The position numbers were made by a program, and so were the translations under genes. Below the pieces are notes generated by a model. It was not told the DNA's origin and did no database searches. It worked only from the letters and a program-made list of their open reading frames with translations. From the NCBI RefSeq assembly GCF_009914755.1, contig NC_060933.1: a stretch of DNA of 64,000 nt. One strand, given 5' to 3'. Source of the DNA: the human T2T-CHM13v2.0 reference genome, Homo sapiens. Shown one piece after another: positions 41,528 to 56,950 of this stretch (position 1 is its first letter; every line of letters starts with the position of its first letter).

Positions 41528-43395
41528 ATAATTAATGGCACTGCAGATCTTGTAGAGGGGCATTAAAATGGACCCATACCTGAAGTAACTTTTCAATTGA
41601 ATTAGTACTTAGGGAGTTGAGACAGTAGAAACAAGGAAGGCAAAACAGTCTTTCATAACAGATCATAATAAATTTGCTAATATTATAGAAAAGTCATTGG
41701 AAACTGTTTATCCTTTCTTTTTTTTTTTAATAGGACCTTCCCATTTTCACTTACAGTTTTGAATACATTTATACATTTCCTTCTTCAAACGTCATTTAAA
41801 TTAAAAGTGTTTCTATTTTCTCCAGATGGAGTTTCAATGCTCATAAACATTTATATTAGGAGAGAATATAGTACATATTATCTAACTTAAGTTGAAAAAG
41901 AATGAAACTGTAAAATATATTTACCAAAATAATTAAGATTTATTTATCTTCGGTAGGCCTCAATTAGTTTACCTTTAAAAAGCATTCACTGATACAAATT
42001 TTAAAAATCCATGTAACAGACATCAATCAAATGTGATTTTTCTCCAGTTTATTATTTTCTGCCAGGGGAAATAAAATGCAATAATCACATTTTAAATATA
42101 CATCTTTTTAAATGATTCTGTTGTTATACATATGATTGTTATTCATATTTTTACTGTTATTGAATGCCCCTGTACTGACCTTTCCAATTTGATAGTGCAG
42201 TAAGAAATAAACTTTTTTTTAATATTGAGAATTGGAAATGACCTGGTAATTTCTTTGTACTAGAGACCACTAATTGTCCATATAATGCATTCTTTCATTT
42301 TGTTTAGTAATAGAATCCTAAGTACATATGACCACAAGCAGGAGATTACCTTCTATAGTCTCTTATCAGTGATTAATTTTGATCAAGTATAGTATGAATT
42401 ATATTATGAGCATAAATTTAAGTTAATCTCCATAAAGACAAAGCCGATTGTTTTTACATCTCTTCTTACACATTTTACTGTGAAGTATTGCTGAACTTAG
42501 CCATGAGGATGAAACACTAAGATAGGATTATAAAGAGAATACAAGATGAAAATCTCCTGGGGCCCAGGATGAACTCATGGAAAAAACATCCCCACCAACT
42601 CTCTTAATTGTTGGAGAGAAATATAAGACTACAATAAGGGTCACTCGTTATACTCATCGTTTTTGAGTTAGAGATATTGACAAGTGTATCAAACTATATA
42701 TTTTCTCCCACAAGACATTGAGGGGCACACTTCTTTTATTCTCCAAAAGTAACAAAAAATGCTTTGGTGTCTAATTTTTAGCCTGCAAGGTCTCTCATAG
42801 TGTTGTTTTCAAAGACTTACATGTTTTATTTCCTTACCTCACTGCAACATTATAAATTTATCTTCTGTGCTAACCTCATGATAGCATCTAATGGTTCCAA
42901 GAGTGAAGATTATCACTAGTTTATGAACCTTTGTATTCCCCAAAAGAGAAAGAGATATTACATAACCAAATTCCAAGTATGATTAACCAAGATTTTTCTA
43001 AAATTTTCCACCTCTCAATTCTGTCTACTAATTTGAAATAAATGAGCAAAATACATTTGCAACATGATAATTCTTCAAACTCGGCTCTTATACCAAGCAG
43101 TACTGATGATTGGGGCATTAACAAAACCAATAAAATTGTTTTGCAAAACAAAAACGAAGTGAAAAATACGCTCAGCTTATCTTACACAATATTGTTTTCT
43201 ACATCGAAAATGGCTAGATAACCTTAGAAAAAGTGGCATATACATTATTTACCTAAAAGTTATAGTAATCTGGGTAGAAGCTTAAAGTGATCTATCCTGT
43301 CATATAGTTGTCATTAACTAGGATATTAATTATTCTTAAAAGGATGCAAAATTTTTCCAAGGGATGTGCATCTGCAGACAGTTTTAAGGGACTAT

Positions 43396-43900
43396 TGTCA
43401 AGAACTGTGAAGGATCTGAGCTTACAAGTTAGCCTGCTTCAGTTTTATGGATGCTGGCAGAAGACACATAACTCTTTGGTCAGAGACAGAAAGACTTCCA
43501 TTATTTGCAGCACAGCACAGAGTTGCACGAGCTTCATCTTTGCTCTGGTTCCTGTTTTCCCTCAAGTTTACTGGAGATGATGACAAGGAGTTCAAGTTGA
43601 TGCTACACACAGTTTGTGTCACAGATGAAGAACTCCAAGTAAAGGAAACTTAAATCTTTAATAAATGAGCAGTAAGCACACTTGTCTGATGTTTTCTGTG
43701 GAGGAAACACTATCTTCATTTTACTTGAAAATAAACAAATCTGTTCTCTCATCCATAAATAAACAATATCTTGATCTTCCAGGGCTATCCACTATATAAA
43801 GATCTTTAAAAAGGAAAACCTGTAATAAATGTGAAGCTAGTGCCTTTCTATTTGCAAGATGCACAGAAATGCATGAGGCCAATTGAAAATTGCCTGTGAA
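43396..43900 (-). mobile_element. ERVL-type solo LTR (MER74/LTR53/MER54 group)
   Basis: tgtcaagaactgtgaagg..ctgag...acaagttagcctgc...atggatgctggcagaagacac...ggtcagagaca matches this group's terminus as I remember it. Confidence 0.65.
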
Positions 43901-44246
43901 AAAACACGCTTCCAGATTTTTAGCTTGCTCTTTTCTAAACATGAAAATTCTCAGAAAGTACGTGTTCTCAAGATTCATGCCCTTTCTTTTTTCCCAAGTT
44001 GCTTTATCATGACCATCTTATTTTTCACATTACCAAATAATGCACTTCCCTAAACTATCCAAAATTTTCCATGGTGTTATAGTTTCTAAGGTACTGAGAA
44101 GAAACTCATAGGTGAAGCATATTTATAAATTGTTTACAAAATAATATTGAATACATATTTTCTCCTTTTCCCTGTCACTAGTAACTTTTTCTCTGCTTGA
44201 TTAATTTATATCACATATTTAATAGCCCAGTTTATTCAGAACATAC

Positions 44247-44703
44247 TGAGAGGTGAAGCCAGCTGGACTTCCTAGGTGGAGTGGAGACTTGGAGAACCTT
44301 TTTGTCTAGCAAGAGGTTTGTAAAATGCACCAATCAGCGCTCTGTAAAATGCACCAATCAGCGCTCTGTAAAAAGCACCAATCAGCAGGATCCTAAAAGT
44401 AGCCAATTGCAGGGAGGATTGAAAAAAAGGGCACTCTGATAGGACAAAAATGGAACATGGGAGGGGCCAATACGTGAATAAAAGCTGGCCACCCCAGCCA
44501 GCAGCAGCAACCTGCTGGTGTCCCCTTCTATGCTGTGGAAGCTTTGTCCTTTTGCTCTTCACAATAAACCTTGCTACCGCTCACTCGTTGGGTCCATGCT
44601 ATCTTTAAGATCTGTAACACGGCAAAGGTCCGTGACTCCATTCTTGAAGTCAGCAAGACCACGAACCCACCAAACCCACCGGCAGGAACCAACTCTGGAC
44701 ATA
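44247..44703 (+). mobile_element. LTR12F (ERV9) solo LTR with 4-bp TSD
   Basis: Starts TGAGAGGTGAAGCCAGCTGGACTTCC and ends aaccaactctggacata. TSD atac at 44243-44246 and 44704-44707. Confidence 0.88.
44319..44483 (+). promoter_or_regulatory. ERV9 U3 promoter/enhancer module: five CCAAT (NF-Y) boxes, GATA site, AATAAAA TATA-equivalent
   Basis: CCAAT at 44330, 44354 and 44378 (24-bp tandem unit), 44403 and 44467. TGATA at 44437. AATAAAA at 44477-44483. Activity itself is not shown. Confidence 0.6.
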
Positions 44704-45011
44704 ATACCACATGGCAATCTCTGTTCTAAGCATTGATGTGTACAGGTTATTTACTCCTCATAAGAACACTGAAAGATAATTGCTACTTACTGGCTCCTTC
44801 TTAAGGTGAGTAAGCTAGAGACAGATACTCATGATTTGCTCAAGACTTCAGAACTTGTCTGTGGCAGAGCAGAGATGAGAATTAAATTTGCTAGCCACCA
44901 TTTCTTGGAATTTAAACACATTGGTATGCCACCTCTTAGTATATGTAATTAATGACATGCAGTTCACAGAATTATGTTATTTAAATTATATTGGACAGAA
45001 ATAAAAAAGTA

Positions 45012-45257
45012 CGGTTGACGAACAACATGAGCTTGAGCTGTGTGCATCCCCTTATATAGAGATTCTTTTAATTAAAAAAATCAGCATCTGCATTGAAATG
45101 TGGATCAAAATACAGTAGCCACAGGATGAAAAACCCGCAGATATGGAGGACTGACTTTTTGTGTACTCTGGTTCCACAGGATTACTTGAATATGTGCTGA
45201 TTTTGGTATCCTCTGGGGTCCTGGACCCAATCTTTTGAGGATATCAAGGGACCACTG
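45012..45257. mobile_element. MER8 (Tigger-type MITE)
   Basis: cggttgac..gaacaacatg...aaaatacagta...gattttggtatc...ggggtcctgga...aagggaccactg, flanked by TA. Confidence 0.8.
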
Positions 45258-45839
45258 TATTTTTATTTAAAATGACAAGAGTAGAGAATATATGCAGATA
45301 TATCCCGAGGAACATCTTTCAGGTATATGCTTTTCTATTTTAATTCCTCTTAAAAAAACACACACATCTTAGAACTTACAATGTATCGATACAAAAATGT
45401 GGCCATTATTTACGTAGGAAAAGTTTATATACTCCTCCGGAGGGTAGGAAATGAGATTGCAGTGCACATGGGGTTCTGCCACTCACAGTGTAGGATGTTT
45501 CACCATGTCTTCCTGAAATGATTTGCAAATAGTCAAGAACAAATGACTGTGGTGATAGAGATGTATTTATTGCTGCCACCTTGTTCCCACTTCACCGTTG
45601 CATATTTGTACACAGGACACATATTTATTCTTTTAAGTTTAGATTTTACTGAGAAATGAGGACCTTATCTGGACTTCACTGGGAGAATTATGAGTGGCCA
45701 GAGATACTACATTTTGAGCTGGATGCCAGACCTTGAAAGAACTCTGCATTTTTCATTTTGAGAGAAGTCGGTGTGTTTTATAATGGGAGGAAGATTAAAG
45801 CAGGTATTTTGGCATCAGAAGGACTGACCTTGACAGAGA

Positions 45840-46175
45840 TTGGTGAGATAACATTATTTCCTTCTTTGGACCACAAGGAAATGCTGTATTTTTCAGCCTC
45901 AATTGCAGGTAGGATGAGACCATTTCACTGGTGAATGAAATGTAGGTAAAAGTTATATTTCCCACTTTTAGACTGAGCTATAAGATACCTCACGCAATGC
46001 TTCTCATACTCCTCTTTATATTAAATGCAGGGGATTCAGTGAAAACCTTTAAGGAATTTCAGAAAGTTAATCCTCTACTGAATTATTATATGAATGAGAA
46101 GAAAAAAAATTGTGTTAAGTCACAGATATTTGCAGTTTGGTTCAGAAACTAATATTAATTGCCCTGACTAATACA
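45840..46175 (+). mobile_element. MLT1J/I-type MaLR LTR
   Basis: cagcctcaattgcaggtagg...gaatgagaag...tgtgttaagtcacagatattt...ccctgactaataca terminus. Confidence 0.6.
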
Positions 46176-46269
46176 CTGAGATACTAGTGATGATTCTGCA
46201 ATGACTGCTTTTACAGTGAAAGTGACCACAGTGGCATGCATGGATAAATTTAAGGTGATAAACATTAGG

Positions 46270-46645
46270 ATTGCTTACATATTTTTTGGCTTCTTCATAC
46301 ACATGGTAGGATATAGCTCACTGCCCTGTTTAATTCAGTTATGGAATGTGATTTCCTTTTGCTTATTGAAATGTTAGTAGACTAAAGTGTCTGTTTCCTT
46401 CTAGAGGCAAAAATTCAGAGCGTGCCTCACAACATTCTTTTTTTCCTTGACTACAGTAACTTTCAATGTTCTGGAGTGGCTGCTTTGTCCTCTAGATCCT
46501 GGTATAAAGGTGACAATGACCCATGAGTAGAATCATAAGCAACACCAAGGACATGTGAAATGAGCAACTTATGAATGAATTGATACAGGCTCCTGACATT
46601 TAGAAATTGTTTTGTTATCACTCAGCTTAGTTTTTCTGATGTAAT
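46270..46645 (+). mobile_element. MLT1I-type MaLR LTR
   Basis: catggtaggatatag...tgaaatgttagtaga...ggacatgtgaaatgagcaa...ttgttttgttatca. Confidence 0.5.
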
Positions 46646-48289
46646 TTAATTGCTCTAAGGAAACAGTATCTGCTGTGATTTGTTACTGTCTCTTACTGCC
46701 CAGTGGTTGGCAAGGCCAAAAGTTCTAGACGCGGCAGTATTCTGAGAGTTGAGAGCCAATATATTTTCTTGGCAGTGCTCATGCTCATGGTGCACTTGAA
46801 GCTGTGTCGATGCTGCCATAGGAACACCACAAGCCAACCTTGTTTCTTCCATGGTTGCACTCTTTATGTATTCAGTTACAGACCTCAGGTGTGTCTGACA
46901 TGAAATAAACATACGCAGGCATCACGACGGTAATCAACTGATTGCTTCAATGTGCTGGTCTTTGTAGGTCTTGAGAGTATCAACCTGGAAAAACAAGCTT
47001 TTAACTTTAATAATTTCAGCAAGTTAATATAAAGGGAAGTTCCACATATAGGTCTGGATCAAGTTTTTCTATGAAGTAGTTGCCAATTAGAAAAGTTTCC
47101 TAAACAATTAACCCTAGCAAAAAATTGTGTAAAGATTCCATTCACTTATTACACAAAACAGTATATTTTATGAGTGCTACCTTCTACTTTGGCCATTAGA
47201 TAAAAGGTCTCTTCACCCTTCTTTTGTCGTGTTTTGCCTAAATATTTAGGCATATAGCTATAACCCATCATTCCCTTTTGAAAACAAAGAATAATAACCA
47301 AAGTAATATAATCTAAACCTGCTTTACAGTCCAAGTGTAGTTTATGTTATATGTTCCTGTAATTATTTGTCATCTGTGGCTCAAATCCCTTTTACTAAAA
47401 TACTTTGCACTTCACCATAAACAAACTTGTGCAAACAAACAAGACACAGAAGCGATATAAAACTCCCAAAATCAAGTTACTAAGTTTCAGTAACAAATAA
47501 ACCTGAATGTGTAATTAAATAGATTATAATAATGCTGAAAATTCTGTATTTTAGGTTCTTTATGATCTAGAGTTCTTCACATGTATTTAGTAAACCATTC
47601 CAAGTGCTATATTTCTTGCTAATAAAACCAAATAACAATGTTCAGGGTAAATTTTAATGAATTAATGCTTATAATGCAAACTATGCTTTCATCCATTTTA
47701 TTCAGAAGCACACGATTAATTATACAACAGATATTTTATATGAATGTTCAGAGTAAAGACTATTTGTATTTGCTTGAATGACAACATAATTTATTAAATG
47801 AATAAATACACGGATTCGTCTTCTCCATCACCATTTCAGGCATGTTTTTGTGACATCTACCTTCTTCACCATGAACTCCTTCCTAACCAACCATTATATC
47901 TAAAATAAATTATCAGCAAACATAAATAATGTGCTATTCCAGAACTACCTCACATGAGCTAGATGATGGGAGGCATAATTCATAATAAACAGACCCTACC
48001 TTTAAATTCTATAAAGCCACAGCATTTAAATTATAACTATGCCACAGAGCAGTAACCTATTTTCCTATTAATTATATCCCATAAAAGCAATATAGCTTCA
48101 CTAATTAATTATACTTGAAGTAACAACTATGGCTTAATTAAATGAACCATTCCTAATAATGAAACCTTAAAATAATTGGACTCTTCTGTCTAGAGGCAGT
48201 AACAATTATTGTCATTGGAAAGGATTTCAAACATGGCTATGCTAAGCAACGCTGATTCATAACTGACATTGAACCTGAGATTTCCTAGA

Positions 48290-48514
48290 GCAGTAGCTCT
48301 CAAAACCTTTCGTGAAGGGCCAACTATTAAGTATTTTAGAATGTACGTGCCATGTGATCTCTGTCACGAGTACCAATATTTGCCATCGTAGTGCATAAGT
48401 AGCCGTAAACAATATGTAAAATAAAATGATGTCACTTTATTCTAATAAAACTTTGTTTACCAAAATGTATCAGTGGCCTGATTAGCTCTGTGCTTTGTAG
48501 TTTGATGACCTCTT
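48290..48514. mobile_element. MER58A
   Basis: tgaagggcca...agtattttag...ctctgtcac...aaacaatatgtaaa...ctaataaaactttgtttac...tgtagtttgatgacc. Confidence 0.75.
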
Positions 48515-48943
48515 ATATAGAATCGAATTATTGAACTCATCTCTACTATGTTTCTAGATTTTCTAGTATTGTATTCTAGGTTTCTATCTTTCTCATCTAT
48601 CCATCTTAATGTTAAGTTTTACAAACCCTTATCATATATAATATTATTTAAATTATATTAATCTGCATTTAACACACATCTTCCTCTATTTTGTAATTTA
48701 GCATTTTTGAGCCATTAAAGTTTAAATTACAGTAGAGATGTAGACATTATGTAAAGGTATATTACTTTGTTGTATATGTTCATAAAAGACAATAATGGCC
48801 ACATTGAAATGACACAATACGATCTACCAAAAGCGAGTAAGGCAGAGATTGTGTACATAAGTAACCAAGTACAAGTTCTGTCCTTCAAGTGAACCCCTAC
48901 ATCATTATTATTCCCTTATGGTGGAAATTCCAGAAGTAGATAG

Positions 48944-49306
<363 letters not shown>

Positions 49307-49427
49307 CATATGCCTTCTTTTATTCATGGTTTACTAATTATAATATTCTATTTATATAATTGAGAATTCCTTGTTCCGTTTTTCTTTCTCATTTTCTTTC
49401 ATCCCAGTCAATCATTTTCAGTCAAAA

Positions 49428-49668
49428 TGTGTGTGTATATATATATATATATATGTGTGTATATATATAGTGTGTGTGTATATATATATGTGTGTATATA
49501 TATGTGTGTGTGTATATATGTGTGTGTATATATATATGTGTGTATATATATGTGTGTGTATATATGTGTATATATGTGTGTATATATGTGTGTATATATA
49601 TGTGTGTGTATGTATATGTGTATATATATGTGTATATATATATGCGTATATGTATATATATATATATA
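49428..49668. repeat. Compound (TG)n/(TA)n microsatellite, ~240 bp
   Basis: Directly visible. Source of the YIYTH/CVYI pseudo-ORFs. Confidence 0.95.
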
Positions 49669-50022
49669 GATGGGAAAGAAATACAGAGAAATCTAGGAAG
49701 CATTGTGAAAAAATGGTGTGAACGTATGCATCAAAAAGTAATATTACAATTTTATTCAGTATCCCATCCAAACTTTTCTCCTGCAGGACTTTCATGCTTG
49801 CTATTGTCAAATCTTCTCCCTTCTGCATAACTTTCATTTATCTTCTCTATTATTGCTATTGTCACATAAATGTGCTTTTATGTATCACATTAGAAAAATA
49901 GTCATTCTCCTCAGTCTACGTCTCACAAATATAGAACTACTTTTTTTTCTTCTTTAGAGCAAACTTTCTCAAAAGTATTAAGAAAAGTACAATGTGTAAA
50001 ACAAGCAGCAAGAGAGGACATC

Positions 50023-50532
50023 TGTGTTAGGCTGAATAATGGCCTCAAGAGATGTCAGGTCTTAATCCTTAGTACCTGTAAATGTAACCTTTATGGCAAA
50101 GAGACTTGCAGATGTGAATAAGTGAAGAATTTTGTGATGGAAGATTATCATGAATTATCTTGGTGGGCTCTAAATGCAATCTTAAGTGTCCTTATAAGAG
50201 TGATGGAGAGGGAGATTTGACATAGAATCTAGGTTATGTGATCATGGAAGTGGAGAAATATTTGAAAATTATACGCTGCTATCTTTGAAGATAGAAGAAG
50301 GGGCCTTTGAGACAAGAAATGTAGTTCTAGAAGCTGCGTTTCTGGAATAATTTCTAGAATTACTCTCCCCTGAGTTCTCTGGAAAAAATAGGGTGCTGAT
50401 CACACCTTGGTTTTAGACCACTGATACTGTTTATGAATTTTTGACCTTCAGAACTGTAACAGAAAAAGTCTGTGTTGCTTTAAGCTACCCATTTTGTGGC
50501 AATTTGTTACAGCAGCATAGGAAAATAATAGA
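50023..50532 (+). mobile_element. MLT1D/C-type MaLR solo LTR
   Basis: tgtgttaggctgaataatggcc...ttgcagatgtga...aagtgtccttataagag...aatttgttacagcagcataggaaaataata. Confidence 0.85.
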
Positions 50533-50539
50533 GAATCTC

Positions 50540-50830
50540 TTCTTGTTCCCAGGTTTAAAAGCAAGCCTTCTAACATTCCCACATTATTATGTCATAAGAT
50601 ATTGTTTATAGGATTTCAAAAGATACACTTTATCAACTTAATGAAGTGCCTTTTAAATCCTAGTTTAATAAGAGCATATAGATATACAGTAAATTAATGA
50701 TAAATTTTATCAAATACTTCTTTGTATCAATATCTGTTAGGATACAGATCTTATGTATCTGCATCTACTGAAATTATGTGATTTTTCTCATTTACTCTGT
50801 GAATGTGATGAATAATATTCTTTTTAATTG
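50540..50830 (-). mobile_element. Old L1M ORF2 fragment
   Basis: cttgttcccag...ctttatcaactta...aattttatcaaatac...tctgcatctactgaaat pattern. Confidence 0.5.
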
Positions 50831-52216
50831 AATCACAATTATAGAGAATTGAATTAATCATCATTTTGATTAATGACATACTTTCATCTTATGCCTATTC
50901 ATGGTCATCTTTTATATGTAGGTAATTAAATAATAACTTTTACAGTGTTAGAAGCAACCAGCATATAGCACCCTGCATAAAAGCTAAAACCTGAAGAATG
51001 ACCACATTTAGCCATATAGTTTCTCACTCCCATCTCATCCTCTATAATTACCAGTGTTTGAACCACAGCCTCTTTCTTCTCTAAACCACTAGCTGAAATC
51101 TAAACTCAGCACTCCAACCTCCCATTTATTGATTTCTGCTAGGCTTCTTGACGTCTCACCTTGTGCATACATATCTTTGATACTGGCCACACTTAAGGGG
51201 CATTTGTATGCAGATATTCAGGCTCTCTCTCTGTGGTTACCTCCTTCTTGGAAATTTGTCTCGTGAGCCCCATACACACTAGATACTCTGAACTCTAATC
51301 TCTGTCACCTCAACACAGTAAAATTTCACTTTCCGTGTATGCTTTCTTTCTTCACATCAGTATTTGGGAAATGTTATTAGAGGAAAAACATCTGAGTGAA
51401 TGTAATTTATAGTCTATAATTATTTCTTTTTAATAATGATCCCACTCAAGCTCTGTATACATTGATTGTTCTCCGGTGTCTTCCAACAGTTGTCTAACAT
51501 ATTTTGCCCAGCTTTTCTAGCCAACTTCAGGGTGTGAGTTTGTGCTACTTTATCATGGCCTGAACCTGAAATCCTCTAATTTTATTGAAATGGATGGTTA
51601 TTATAGTTCATGTTGCATTTCTTGTGTTTCCAATACGTTTTTAGATTTTCTATTTCTCCACAATTCTGGAATTAAGAATCCATTTGTTTCATTCTAATCT
51701 AGTTTCTTATACATAATGCTAAAGGGAGTGTTGTTTCAATGACTGTCAATAACTTCTACATGGGCACCATTCACATTTCCCAAAGTCTCAGCAGCATTTC
51801 AAATTGTTGAAAATTTCTTCCTCTTCAAAACATTATTCATTATAGAGTTCTTTAAAAATATGCCAACCTTGCTTTTCTTCTTGCCACCTCAGCTTTTTAT
51901 TCCCAACTCAATTGCAATACATTTTTTTTTCAGCTCATTTGGCATTAATTTCTATTGTCTGTTTCAACCCTTCCTTGGTGATTTAACAATAAAAATAAAT
52001 AATTCCTTTAAAAGGCTCATAAGTGTCAGTAACTCCCATAGCTTTACTTTTACCTTTGACTATTCTTCAACCTTCAGACTTAGACACAAATTTGTTTAAC
52101 TACCATCTTGCATTTCTCTCATGCCAAACGTCCACATGACTGATAGTCCTGTTATTTCTTTCTTCAAAGTATATATCAAATGCATTCACTCTTTCCATTG
52201 CCATTGCTACTATTAC

Positions 52217-52587
52217 TGTTTTAGTCAATTCTGACTGCTATCACAAAGACCTATAGACTAGGTGGCTTAGAAATAACAAAAATCAATTTTTTCACAGTTC
52301 TAAAGGCTAGAAGTCTGAGACCATGGTACCAGAGTGACCAGGTTTCAGTGATATCTCTCTTCTAAGTTGCAGACTACCATTTTCTTCTTGTATCCTCACA
52401 TGTCAGAGAGTGAGAGAACTCTCTTGGGTCTATTATATAGGGGAACTAGTTCCATTTAGAAGGGCTCCAACCTCATGATGTAACCACCTCCTGAAAGTCC
52501 CACCTCCTAATACCATCATATTAAGGGTTAGGATTTCCACCTATAAGTTTCAGAGACAGGGTGGCAACAGCCATGCAGTCCATTGCA
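52217..52587 (-). mobile_element. MLT1A/MSTD-type MaLR solo LTR
   Basis: tgttttagtc...ctgctatcacaaa...ctatagactaggtggctta...tcacagttct...cccacctcctaataccatca...cagtccattgca. Confidence 0.8.
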
Positions 52588-52627
52588 ATCACTATCCAAG
52601 ACATCACCGTCATCATTATCTCCATTC

Positions 52628-54771
<2,144 letters not shown>

Positions 54772-54848
54772 CTATATTCGGATAATAGTCTCTGACTTTG
54801 TCTTCTTGCATTTATTCTTTTCCCCTAAAGTGATTCTTCAAAGAGTAA

Positions 54849-55253
54849 TGTCAAGGAGAACCAGAGCCAGAGGGTAATTAAAGCAGTAAAGAAAGATTTT
54901 ATTCAGAAATTATTGCAACAAAGGAAAAGAGACTTTAGTAGAGAAATGAGCTCAATTCCAAATACAAGCACACATGGAAATTTGTAGCAAAAGAGCAGTG
55001 TGAAGGGGTCAGTGGATGGAAAATTATTAAGAGGAGACGTCAAAAGTAGGGGAACTCTTGCTAAACCAAATTAACAGGATTCTTGCTGAAGGCAGCTCAG
55101 GGTGATCAGATATCAAGATTCTCTCTATATGGACTTAAGGATTCTTGTTAAAAGTGAGCTATGGAGACTAGGCAAGGGGCCTAGGTGAAGATCTAGTTGA
55201 GAGGAGAGCTCAAAAATCTGACTAAAGTTTGATGAAGGAGAGAGTCTTTGTCA
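54849..55253 (-). mobile_element. MER31 ERV1 solo LTR
   Basis: Reverse complement starts TGACAAAGACTCTCTCCTT...AAACTTTAGTCAG. TG...CA ends. TSD-like gtaa/gtat. Confidence 0.8.
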
Positions 55254-55319
55254 GTATTTGTGTTAATTTTTTTTAATTACTAAAAGTGAGGCTTATTTGC
55301 ATTCTTCAAGGACTTACCA

Positions 55320-56950
55320 ATTAATAAGCTATGTTAAAATCTCCAGTTTTAATGTCTATTTCTTCTTTCAACTTCTGTTATTTCTGCTTTATGAAAATTG
55401 TAATTTTGTGTATGTTATTAATATATATTTTATTTTTAATGTAGAATGAAGCATGAATCCTTCTGTAGAATAAATTTCCCTTCCTTATCCTGTTAAATTT
55501 ATTTTGTCTTAAATTCTATCTTGTCTCATAGCAAAATTCTGACAACTATTTCAGGATCTTGCTATCATACAAGATCTATCTTTGCTCTTCCTTTTACATT
55601 AAACCATTCTGAATTGCCTTGTTCAATATGTTTCTTGCACACAGAATAGATTGGATTCTGCTCCATTAGCCAATCTAAAAGTACGCCATTTAATGGTGAG
55701 TTAAGCCCATTTGTGTCTTTGATATACCTGTTATGCTGGTGTTAAGTTCTGTTATATAAGTTTTTGCTATAGAAATAATTTATATAAAATCTTGCCCTGT
55801 ATTTACACTTTAATTTGAGGTGCAGGATATACTCATCTGGTATTTATAAATGTTTCTATGTTTATTCTTATTATTATCTTATAATAATATTATAATAAAA
55901 TATACTAGTCCTCTAGTGTGTTTGAATACTATCTATTGTTTTCTTCAATGAGTAGTAATACTGTTCTCTAGTAAACTCTCTTTCCTTTCTTCTCTCTTTT
56001 GGCTTAACATTTATTTACTTTAATTCCATATTTTTTAATGGCAGTTAGATACTCCCGAGATAGTCATTAAGATTCGTCTACTTTCTTTTTCTTCTCCTTT
56101 TTTCTGTTTGTTGTTGAGTTGCATTATTTCTTCATGTTTAACACACTTAATAGCATCATGTTTTGTCACTTTAATCCCCATTACTTGCTCTTAATTATAA
56201 AATTAAACATATTTAGTCCTTATCCAGAAGCTTCACATGATGTTTGTCTTCTTGTCAGTAGGTAGGACATTTCTAAAAAAGCCATCACAGGAACAATGTT
56301 TTTTAAAATCATAAATATTCATGATGTTCTACATTCCTTAGACATGATTCATAGTTTGGATGAATAAAATCTCATCTCGCTACTGTGTTATCTGTTTCAT
56401 AATCATTAAACCATTTCTTGATTATCATCCTGTATAAAATGTTGCTATCAAGAAGTCTATTATCAATATAAATTTCTTATCCTTTTACCTTCATGCTCAA
56501 ATAATTAATATTATTTTTTATTTTAATTTTTGTTCTTAGAAATAACCATTACATGGGTATTACTATTCTTTGCCTAAGTTTTATGTTTAGAAAATTTTTA
56601 GATGTTTTTAATCTCTCAATTTCTGTTTTTTACTCTTATTTTTATACTCTATATCTCTTACTATAGTTTGTACCACTTCTATTTGATTTTATGTACCTTC
56701 AAATTATTTTTTTCTAAAAATTATTTTCTAAAAATTATCTTACTTGTCTCAGATTATCTGATTCTCTGATTAATTTTGATTTTGTTCCAATTATTTTTCT
56801 TCAGGGTAAGTATTTTTCTTTTGCGAGTGAGCATTATTGATGATTTCTTGTTGTAGTTTATTGATATTAAGATCTTACAATACTTCCTTTTATCTTCATT
56901 TTATCTTTGCCATTAACTCCAGCTGGTACTGGCCCTATGCTGCCAGTGAT
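55320..56950 (-). mobile_element. Very old L1-derived T-rich tract
   Basis: Scattered L1 landmarks (tatgttaaaatctcca, ttaaattctatcttgtct, tgtttcttgcacacag.atagattggat). Heavily decayed. Confidence 0.4.

Larger units (their letters stand above)
44221..44930 (-). mobile_element. MIR split by LTR12F
   Basis: aatagcccagtttatt...atac | LTR | ...ctgttctaagc...ttactcctcataagaac...tgatttgctcaag...gtggcagagc is contiguous MIR reverse complement. Confidence 0.65.

Noticed and set aside
44319-44390. Regular 24-bp repeats resembling a CRISPR-like array
   Set aside because: They are spacer-less tandem CCAAT units intrinsic to the LTR12 U3 region, in eukaryotic DNA.
46937-46984. Possible minus-strand terminal coding exon (VDTLKTYKDQHIEAIS*)
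   Set aside because: I recognise no protein similarity, see no upstream coding exons, and the acceptor has competing AGs nearby. Kept only as a non-coding candidate.
49371-49837. Five overlapping ORFs up to 139 aa rich in Y/I/H/T/C/V
   Set aside because: Translations of the (TG/TA)n microsatellite, which cannot form stop codons in alternating sequence.
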